In this document: piece by piece, positions 1-7,648 of the stretch
How positions within the stretch are numbered: position 1 is the first letter of the stretch
Layout of the letters: every line of letters starts with the position of its first letter
NCBI GenBank assembly: GCA_963745075.1
Contig: CAVUWV010000019.1
Span: forward strand, 1 to 64,000
Direction: 5' to 3'
Origin: Candidatus Hydrogenedentota bacterium
GTDB lineage: Bacteria > Hydrogenedentota > Hydrogenedentia > Hydrogenedentales > SLHB01
DNA length: 64,000 nucleotides
Notes under the pieces: model-generated
Databases searched by the model: none
What the model saw: only the letters and a program-made list of their open reading frames with translations
Told to the model about the DNA's origin: nothing
Program-made: the position numbers and the translations under genes

Positions 1-1165
1 GCGGTTTGAAATCGCGCTACGAGCAACATCACGCGATTACGTAACGGATACGGCATTGCGGGCCGCGGCGGAACTGGCCGCGAAACACATTAACGATCGC
101 TTCCTGCCGGACAAGGCCATCGACGTGATTGACGAAGCGGGCGCGAGCGTGCGGCTGCAATCGGGCACCGCGCGAAAGACGATCCGGCCAGCGGATATCG
201 AGCGCATCGTGGCCGAAATCGCCCGTATCCCCGCGCGGAGCGTGTCGTCGTCGGACAAGGCCCAGTTGGGCACGCTCGAAGAAGAACTCCAGCGCGTCGT
301 TTTCGGGCAGGACGAGGCCATTCACGCCGTGTCGACGGCGATCAAACGGTCGCGCGCGGGGCTCGGCAACGAGGAACGGCCTACGGGCTGCTTCTTGTTT
401 ACCGGGCCGACCGGCGTGGGCAAGACTGAAGTGGCGCGCCAACTCGCTGCCATCATGGGCGTGCACTTCGCGCGCTACGACATGAGCGAGTATATGGAGA
501 AGCACACGGTGGCGCGGTTGATCGGCGCCCCGCCGGGATATGTGGGCTTCGACCAGGGCGGACTGTTGACCGATGAAATTCGCCGGAACCCCTACTGCGT
601 CCTGTTGCTCGACGAGATTGAGAAGGCGCACCCGGACCTCTTCAACATCCTGCTCCAGGTGATGGACCACGCGACCTTGACGGACAACAACGGCAAGAAG
701 GCCGATTTCCGGAACGTGGTGCTGATCATGACGTCTAACGCGGGCGCCCGCGAGATGGCGTCGCAGAGCATCGGCTTCGGCGCATCCGAGCATGACCCTG
801 CGAGCAAGGGCCTGAAGGCGATCGAAAAGGCCTTCGCGCCGGAGTTCCGCAACCGGCTCGACGCGATCGTGTCGTTTCATTCCCTGTCGCCGGACGTCAT
901 CAAGAAGGTCGTCGACAAGTTCGTCGGTGAGTTGCAAGGCCGACTGGCGGCGCGCAAGGTCAGTCTTGCCGTCACCGACGCCACCCGCAACTGGCTTGCC
1001 GAGCATGGATTCGACAAGAGTTTCGGCGCGCGCCCCCTCGGCCGGTTGATGCAAACCGAGATCCGGGATGCCCTCGCGGATGAAATGCTCTTCGGCCGGC
1101 TCGAAAAGGGCGGCAAGGTTTTAGTGGATGTGAAGGATGGGAAGCTGGTGTTTGAATTCCCGTAG
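1..1165 (+). CDS. clpA: ATP-dependent Clp protease ATP-binding subunit ClpA, 5'-truncated by window edge; 1-nt frameshift near 43
   Basis: RFLPDKAIDVIDEAGA, second Walker A GPTGVGKT, DMSEYMEKHTVARLIGAPPGYVG, LLLDEIEKAHPD, FGARPL; no long M-domain between the AAA modules; upstream frame reads GLKSRYEQHHAIT then shifts; followed by aat. Confidence 0.93.
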   Translation, partial: RFEIALRATSRDYVTDTALRAAAELAAKHINDRFLPDKAIDVIDEAGASVRLQSGTARKTIRPADIERIVAEIARIPARSVSSSDKAQLGTLEEELQRVVFGQDEAIHAVSTAIKRSRAGLGNEERPTGCFLFTGPTGVGKTEVARQLAAIMGVHFARYDMSEYMEKHTVARLIGAPPGYVGFDQGGLLTDEIRRNPYCVLLLDEIEKAHPDLFNILLQVMDHATLTDNNGKKADFRNVVLIMTSNAGAREMASQSIGFGASEHDPASKGLKAIEKAFAPEFRNRLDAIVSFHSLSPDVIKKVVDKFVGELQGRLAARKVSLAVTDATRNWLAEHGFDKSFGARPLGRLMQTEIRDALADEMLFGRLEKGGKVLVDVKDGKLVFEFP

Positions 1166-1169
1166 AGAC

Positions 1170-1491
1170 AAATCCAAAATCCGAATCTCGAATCCCGAAA
1201 CAAATTCAAAATCTGAAATTCAAAACAAACGCCGGCGGTCCGACTTGACTGAATCTGCGGGTTAGATAACCCTAGTCACGGTGGCCAAGGTAGACGCGGC
1301 TTCCAGCCGCGTTGATTCTTCAGACTACTGCCACGGACAACAAAGAACTACCGCGGCTGGAAGCCGCGTCTACGCTATTGCAGTGCCAGATTGTTCACTC
1401 CGTTCAGAATGACTTCCAGCGAATGTTTGGGACGTTTGAGCTTTGGTCATTCGAATTTGTTTCGGATTTCAAGATTAGGATTTCGAGTTTT
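1170..1491. repeat. AT-rich ~7-nt-periodic inverted-repeat element (AAATCC.. / ..GGATTT) enclosing a REP doublet
   Basis: CCGAAACAAATTC (1195-1207) is the exact reverse complement of GAATTTGTTTCGG (1453-1465); related half-arms at ~12498-12565 and ~21621-21665. Confidence 0.7.
1290..1373. repeat. GTAG-type REP doublet (REPIN-like)
   Basis: GTAGACGCGGCTTCCAGCCGCG (1290-1311) and its perfect 22-bp reverse complement (1352-1373); each arm is itself a hairpin preceded by GTAG. Confidence 0.8.
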
Positions 1492-1536
1492 GATCGTGGT
1501 GTCCAGCCAAAAGCATTCAATCCCGTTGACCGATCG

Positions 1537-2229
1537 ATGCCGCTATTTCGCCTGAGCGAGGACCTCGTTTTTCCGCCGCCCCAATTTGCTCTGGAGGACG
1601 GGCTGCTTGCCGTGGGCGGCGATCTTTCCGTGGACCGGCTCCTGCTCGCGTACCAGACCGGCATCTTTCCCTGGTACTCGGAGGGCGATCCACTGTTATG
1701 GTGGTCGCCGGATCCGCGGATGGTGCTATTCCCCGAGGAACTGCATGTCTCCCGCCGTCTCCAACGGGTGTTGAAGAAAGGCGAATTCGAGATTACCCTC
1801 GACACGGCCTTCGACCGGGTAATTCATGCCTGCGGTGAAATACGGGGACCCGGCCGGGATGGGACCTGGATCACGCCGGACATGGAGGAGGCGTACTGCG
1901 CGCTCCACGAGGCGGGTTACGCCCATTCCGTCGAAGCTTGGAAGGATGGTGATCTGGCCGGCGGCCTCTACGGGGTTTCCCTGGGCGCCTGTTTCTTCGG
2001 CGAATCCATGTTTACTCACGTGCCCAACGCCAGCAAGGCGGCGTTTGCGCGATTCGTGCAGCAGTTGACGGCGTGGGACTTCTCGCTCATCGATTGCCAG
2101 ATGCACACGCCGCACCTGGCCCGGTTCGGCGCGCGCGAGATCCCGCGAAAACGGTTCTTGGGACTGCTGCGCGAGGGGTTGAACGCGAAGACGCGAAAGG
2201 AGCGTTGGCGATTCGAGGGAGTGGAGTGA
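1537..2229 (+). CDS. aat: Leucyl/phenylalanyl-tRNA--protein transferase
   Basis: GLLAVGGDLS, AYQTGIFPW, LLWWSPDPR, AHSVEAW, GGLYGV, FFGESMF, LIDCQ; ATG at 1537; next to clpA. Confidence 0.95.
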   Translation: MPLFRLSEDLVFPPPQFALEDGLLAVGGDLSVDRLLLAYQTGIFPWYSEGDPLLWWSPDPRMVLFPEELHVSRRLQRVLKKGEFEITLDTAFDRVIHACGEIRGPGRDGTWITPDMEEAYCALHEAGYAHSVEAWKDGDLAGGLYGVSLGACFFGESMFTHVPNASKAAFARFVQQLTAWDFSLIDCQMHTPHLARFGAREIPRKRFLGLLREGLNAKTRKERWRFEGVE

Positions 2230-2469
2230 GTCACTAACCAGCAGGGACGAAGAGAATACATGTGACTACACATCGTACCTCCGGACTCCCGTCTGACTTT
2301 TCCGTTTTCGTTCGACGCGCGATATAATGCGAGGTTAATGGGTGCATGCGCATAAAGACATTAACGGGAAAGGGGGCGGGGTGCATCCGTCGAGTTGGCG
2401 CGTCGGGGGGACGCGCAGATTACTAGAATCTTCGCCCCATGCAGCAAAAAAACGCTGGAAAGGACAGAA

Positions 2470-3670
2470 ATGTTTAACGCACTCGAGATGGCGCCGCCCG
2501 ATCCGATTCTCGGGCTCATCGAAGCTTTTAAGAAGGACCCGAACCCCGCGAAGATTAATCTGAGCATCGGCGTGTATCGTGACGGAAAGAATACGACGCC
2601 GGTGCTGGACTGTGTGAAGCGCGCGGAGGAGAAGATTCTGGCCTCCGAGAACGTCCAAGAACTACGTGAGCCCCAACAGCGGCGCGGTGGACTATGCCGC
2701 GGCGGTCCAGGAATTGCTCTTCGGAGCGGACCACGAGATCGTGACCAGCAAACGCGCGGTGACGGCCCATACGCCGGGCGGCACCGGTGCGTTGCGGGTA
2801 ACGGGCGATTTCATGCGGACGCTGCTCGGGGCGAAACGGATTTGGCTGAGCGAACCCACGTGGCCGAACCATCCGAACGTGTTTCAGGCCGCGGGGTTGG
2901 AACTCGCCACCTATCCCTATTACGACGCGGCGAAGAAAGCGCTCGATTTCGGGCCCATGCTCGACGCGCTCAAGAAGGTGCCCAACGGCGAGTTTGTCCT
3001 GCTGCATGGATGCTGCCACAACCCCACCGGGATGGATCCGACGCCGGAACAGTGGAAGGCCATCGCGGAGGTTTCGGCCAAGCAGGGCTGGATGCCGGTC
3101 TTCGATTTTGCGTACCAAGGGTTGGCCGATGGGATCCGGGAAGATGCGACTGGGCTTTCGCAGTTCCTTGGCGCTGGGAAGGAATTGATGATCTGCTCGT
3201 CCTTCTCCAAGAACTTCGGGATGTACAACGAGCGGGTCGGCGCGTTGACGGTGGTTGGCGAGTCTGCGACCGCGGCCGAAAAGGCGCTGAGCCATCTCAA
3301 AGCCGTGATCCGAACCAACTACTCGAATCCACCGGCCCACGGTTCCCAGATTGTCGTAACGGTGTTGAATGATACCGAGTTACGCAAACTGTGGGAGAGC
3401 GAAGTCAAAGGCATGCGCGACCGCATCGCGGGGATGCGCCAGCTCTTCGTGGATACCCTGAAGGCTAATGGCGTGAAACAGGATTTCTCGTTCCTGACGA
3501 CGCAGAAGGGGATGTTCTCGTTCTCCGGTCTGAACAAGGAACAGGTCGCGCAGCTACGCGACAAGCATGCCGTGTACATCGTCGGGTCCGGACGCATCAA
3601 CGTGGCCGGGATGACCGAAGACAACATGGATGCGCTTTGCACGGCGATAGCCTCGGTGTTGGAGCGGTAA
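2470..3670 (+). CDS. aspC: Aspartate/aromatic amino acid aminotransferase (class I), frameshift at ~2650
   Basis: PPDPILGL, KINLSIGVYRD in one frame; TPGGTGAL, LHGCCHNPTG, FDFAYQG, SFSKNFGMYNERVG (PLP Lys), SGRINVAG in the next frame. Confidence 0.92.
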
Positions 3671-3742
3671 GCGACGCGAACCTTTGACGGCCAACTCGTA
3701 ACTGGCTCTCGATGCTTCAATTACGAGAACGATTGCGAAACA

Positions 3743-3783
3743 AAAATAAGAGCGCCTCGCGGGAAGCGGGGCGCTCTTATTTC
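3743..3783. terminator. Bidirectional intrinsic terminator (aspC on +, putative ncRNA on -)
   Basis: AAAAATAAGAGCGCC-tcgcgggaagcgg-GGCGCTCTTATTT; T-tracts on both strands, longer on minus. Confidence 0.8.
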
Positions 3784-4085
3784 ATCTGCTTGAGCCTCAT
3801 TGAGGCCGAAGCGCGTCGGGACAGGCGTTGCATTGCTCTAATCCGTCTCCGAAAGGAGGAAACGCGTAGGAGGCGCTAAAAGACGGCAGGCTCGAATCAC
3901 CGCAATACCCGTTGAATGACTTCAAATGCATCGATCCGTGGTCCTTGGCAGAAACATTGCACCAGATTCACCAGCGCGAATGGCTACGCAGCGAATCAAT
4001 GTCTCTCCAACTTGCACCGAAGTGGGCATCTCGCGATAGGCCGCCTGTCCCGACGGCTTCTACCCGAACGCAGCCTCACTACATT
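3745..4085 (-). ncRNA. Putative orphan structured non-coding RNA (~300-340 nt), family not recognised
   Basis: 14-bp perfect closing helix 3814-3827/4042-4055, internal helices with G-U pairs only on minus strand, cUUCGg loop, upstream sigma70-like promoter, downstream terminator, no convincing ORF. Confidence 0.6.
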
Positions 4086-4092
4086 CGACCGT

Positions 4093-4121
4093 AGGATAGC
4101 ATATCGGGGGGCCGTTGTCTC
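4093..4121 (-). promoter_or_regulatory. Sigma70-like promoter for the putative ncRNA
   Basis: Minus strand GAGACA (4121-4116), 17-bp spacer ending in TGc, TATCCT (4098-4093): extended -10. Confidence 0.5.
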
Positions 4122-4500
4122 GCCCTTTTTTCGAGATTTCGTAAGCCTTTGAGCGGTGGTAAGTTCCGGTAATTGGGGTGTTTTTTCGCGTCAAAACGAA
4201 TGATCCGAAACATGGGTAACATATTTATTAATAACGTCTTATAGCGAATGTGCAAACCAAAACTTCGCCGCAATGCCTTTTCGCCGAAATCTTACGACTA
4301 AGATGATCGCGGGATTGTGTAAATAGTTAATCGACAGGTGGATAAAGAGACCATGTTCGGGTGTCGTCAGGCATAGAATCGGGTGCTCCCCCGGTTCTGT
4401 AGGAACCGTTCGTCGCGGGCAAGATGCCCCTGAGCGGGGACCTCTATCGAGGTTGTTGGAACCAAGAACAGTCGCAAATGGTTGAAACGTACATTACTCT

Positions 4501-4582
4501 CGAAATCGGGTTCGGTATCGGGATCGAAGTGGGATGCGCGAAGTGCTTTCGATCCCGATCCCGATTTCGATCCAGATTTCGA
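4501..4582. repeat. Hexamer-periodic palindromic element (ATCGGG)n/(CCCGAT)n
   Basis: CGAAATCGGGTTCGGTATCGGGATCGAA...TTCGATCCCGATCCCGATTTCG, downstream of a minus-strand gene. Confidence 0.7.
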
Positions 4583-4669
4583 CTATGTCAAACCACCGCT
4601 AATGATACAAAACGACTTACGGGAGCCTGTTCTAGGAGTTCCGCCAAGCCCTCCAGTCCAACGAACTCG

Positions 4670-7396
4670 CTACTGAAGTTTCAGCGTCGCCGCCAGCGCG
4701 CGAAGTTCGTTCATCCAATCCTCGTTGGATGGCGCAATCGGGAACCGGCGGCCGCGGACCCAATCGCCCTGGATGTGGTATACGAACGGTTCGCCGCGTT
4801 TGATAGAAACCACAACCTGATTCGCACTTGGCGATTCGCCGACGCGCAGGAATCGGTTGGGCGGGAACATCACGCCCAGACCGATGGTGCCGACGTTGGA
4901 CGTTTGGTACCCGCGTACGGCCATAACCCCCGCTTCCTGATCGAGCATGTAGAACGGTTGTTCCGTGAGGCGGGTCAGGTTGATGCCGAGTTCCACGGTG
5001 TCCTCCGGTTTGCCGCCCTCCACGAGGACTTCCACCTCCACGTCGTTGCGGTCCGCGATGAGCGTGAATCGGAGCCGTACGGTGTAGCCGCTGCCGTCGG
5101 GTCCCGCATTGGAAGCGCGGGTTTCAATCACGACCTTGTCGTTGGTCTGCTCGACGAGCTGGTTTTCAAACGTCGCAAACCCTTTGCCCTGCGGACTCCA
5201 CACGGGATACCGCTCGCCGTTGATGTAGAGGGTCACCCCGCCGCAACCGGCCGTATCGCGCACGTATAACGCGTCCACGCCCCAGTCGCCGGTCTGTTGG
5301 TCGCCGTCGAGTTGGTTCAGGATGAACCCGTCGCGGCTCTTGCCGTAGAAGTCGACCTGGCCCCAATAGCAGCGGTACGCGATAGTCTCGTTTTCCCACC
5401 CGATATGGTCGGATATCCAGTCCTTAAGATAAGCGACCCGGGGGTAATCGTTGACTTCGGCGCGCTTAGCGCCAATCCACTCGCCGTAAGTGGGCGGCGC
5501 GTCGTTCAGTCCGTACGCCTGCTCCAACTGCATCTGCATGGCGCCGAGGTCGCCGCGGCTGCGGGCTTCGTTGAACGCGGGCCAAAACGCCGCATCCGGT
5601 GCCGCCCCTTTGAGTTGCAGGATCAGGCGGTCCTTGAGAATGTCGAGGTAGAACCGGATGGACTCGTCGCTGTTCAGGAGTTTTCGCCGTAACTCGGCGT
5701 CGATGGCCGGTGCGCGCAGATTGTTCCGGAGCAACTGGGCCACGGGGTCGCCGTTGGGATCGGAACCGGCCGCGGTGAGCGCCTGCTCAAGGCGATGCGT
5801 CAGACAGAGGAGCGATTGGGGTACCGAAGCCAGGATTTCTTTTTGTGCCGCGCTGACGTCGGCCCAGGCCCACGGTATGTCGCGCGTTTCCACATCCTTG
5901 GCGGTCCAGGTGTCGTCGACGGTGCCGTCGGCGTTTGCATCAAAATTCCACGTGTCGATAACGCCGTCGCCGTCGGAATCGACATACGTGTATTTCATGT
6001 CCGCGCTGTGGTCTTGATCCGCGTCCACGTCAAGCCAGGCCCGCTGTGCGCCGCGCAGGTGGATGCGCTGATCGACGGGGTCGAGGTAGACCTGAATGGG
6101 GTGGCCGGGTTGTAGCGCCAACTCGTTACGTTTATTGACCGGACCGCAACTGGGACCGCCGACTTGGGGGAAATCTTCCGTACCGTTGGCGATGACGCCT
6201 TCCCACCGCTCATGGGTATCGGCGTAGCGCTGGCCGTCCACGTTGTTGTCGTCTTCGTCCCATGTGAGCAGCATTCGATCCCAGACTACCGGCACGCCGA
6301 CGGTCTGACCTGGTTCGTACGCGAGGAAGGGATCCGTCGGAATGCCGCGAAGCTGGATCGTTTCGAGAGCGTCCGAGGCCGGGGTCACACCGTTTTCGGG
6401 GGGATAGGCCGTGATGGAGACATCGTAATCGCGCGGTTGTTTGGGAGTCGCGTCGTCGTCCGCGTCGAAGCTGTGACGGTAGTTGCTAATCGCCGTGCCT
6501 TCCGCATCGTGGCGAATTACTTCCTCGGTCACGCCGTCGTCGTCGAGGTCGTAGAAGAGGAAGGGATTTTCCCACTGGGGCCGCCACGTGGTGGCCCCGG
6601 GGTCGAGCACAAAGGCGCAAAACATTTCCTTGCCACCGAAATGCGAGTTGTATTGGCACAAGGGCTGGCGGTAGGTGTAGCCCACGTCGTACCAGAGCAG
6701 GTTGTCGTCGCCCACGTCGCGGCCCCACCACACGACGACAGAGCCCTCGCCCCCGAACGATGCCGTCCCGGGGAAATACAGACCCATCTCATCAACGTCG
6801 TTGTCGCCGTCCACGTCGGTATAGTCGAGGACCGCGTCCACGGTCCCGTCGCCATGCCAGTCCGCGATGTACAAATCGCTGTCGTGGTCGGGTTGACCGT
6901 CCTCCTGGAGATCGCCGTCCTCATCGATGGCTCGCACGAGGAGCGGTTGCCATTCGACGGGATGACGGGGCGCCGTGTCGACGAACCAGACTTCGTCGGC
7001 GTTGCCGTCGCCGTCGTGGTCGACGTAATGCCGCTCGCCGGGTTCCGCCGCGAGAACTTTCTCCCGCATGGCGGAATCGAGCACTGCCTTGTCGCCGAAG
7101 ACGCGCTCAAGAGGATTTGCCGGCGCCGCGGCTTGGATCGGCTCCGGTAGGACCGCAGGGATTTCGGGTATGGCGGCGGGCGTTTCGAGCACGTCTTTCG
7201 GAACGTCCGGCATGGGCGCAGGAATACCATGCCCCTCGTTCGGCAGGTCGGACGCAGCCGGTGTTTTGGTAGCCGGAGCCCCTTCCTTTGCAATCGCTTG
7301 ATTGGCGGGGTCTGTGACGGCCGGAGTGTCTTGCGCTGCGGCAAGAACGCACGTTAGAACAGCCGCGATTGCGGCCCAAAACCCGAAGTGCTTCAT
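4670..7396 (-). CDS. Large secreted protein with many DxDxDG-type Ca-binding loops and a C-terminal DUF4861-like domain
   Basis: Signal peptide MKHFGFWAAIAAVLTCVLAAAQ, Pro/Ala linker, DHDGDG/DVDGDND/DSDGDG loops, HIGWENETIAYRCY..VDFYGK resembles DUF4861. Confidence 0.7.
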   Translation of the reverse strand: MKHFGFWAAIAAVLTCVLAAAQDTPAVTDPANQAIAKEGAPATKTPAASDLPNEGHGIPAPMPDVPKDVLETPAAIPEIPAVLPEPIQAAAPANPLERVFGDKAVLDSAMREKVLAAEPGERHYVDHDGDGNADEVWFVDTAPRHPVEWQPLLVRAIDEDGDLQEDGQPDHDSDLYIADWHGDGTVDAVLDYTDVDGDNDVDEMGLYFPGTASFGGEGSVVVWWGRDVGDDNLLWYDVGYTYRQPLCQYNSHFGGKEMFCAFVLDPGATTWRPQWENPFLFYDLDDDGVTEEVIRHDAEGTAISNYRHSFDADDDATPKQPRDYDVSITAYPPENGVTPASDALETIQLRGIPTDPFLAYEPGQTVGVPVVWDRMLLTWDEDDNNVDGQRYADTHERWEGVIANGTEDFPQVGGPSCGPVNKRNELALQPGHPIQVYLDPVDQRIHLRGAQRAWLDVDADQDHSADMKYTYVDSDGDGVIDTWNFDANADGTVDDTWTAKDVETRDIPWAWADVSAAQKEILASVPQSLLCLTHRLEQALTAAGSDPNGDPVAQLLRNNLRAPAIDAELRRKLLNSDESIRFYLDILKDRLILQLKGAAPDAAFWPAFNEARSRGDLGAMQMQLEQAYGLNDAPPTYGEWIGAKRAEVNDYPRVAYLKDWISDHIGWENETIAYRCYWGQVDFYGKSRDGFILNQLDGDQQTGDWGVDALYVRDTAGCGGVTLYINGERYPVWSPQGKGFATFENQLVEQTNDKVVIETRASNAGPDGSGYTVRLRFTLIADRNDVEVEVLVEGGKPEDTVELGINLTRLTEQPFYMLDQEAGVMAVRGYQTSNVGTIGLGVMFPPNRFLRVGESPSANQVVVSIKRGEPFVYHIQGDWVRGRRFPIAPSNEDWMNELRALAATLKLQ

Positions 7397-7648
7397 ATCA
7401 CGAGTTCTCCCAAAGAATGCAATTGATCCTGCTGTCCCGTACCGCGACACATGAAGGCAAACGCGTGCGGGGCGTGTTATATTACATGTTTTTGGGGCAT
7501 CGCGCATTCTTCGGGCTCTGTACCCCGTGGACATTATGGATGTGATAGACCGCGCAAACACTGTGCCTCGCCGCAAGCGCTATGGTAGGATTCGAGTCGC
7601 GGTGGTGTCTTGGGTTTCGGGGTTCGGAAACGCCTTGTAGGGGAATGC

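Noticed and set aside
3808..4060. Terminal inverted repeat read as retron a1/a2, RNase P, tmRNA or SRP RNA
   Set aside because: No adjacent RT and none of the diagnostic sequence motifs of those RNAs are present
3912..4152. Short + strand ORFs (60 and 78 aa) as a type I toxin
   Set aside because: No hydrophobic helix, the AGGAGG tracts are not spaced to a start codon, and G-U pairing favours a minus-strand RNA
4141..4620. Similar GTAAG.C.TTT...AGCGGTGGT strings at ~4141 (+) and ~4592-4620 (-) as recombination (dif-like) sites
   Set aside because: Spacing differs between copies and the match to dif consensus is weak; could be chance
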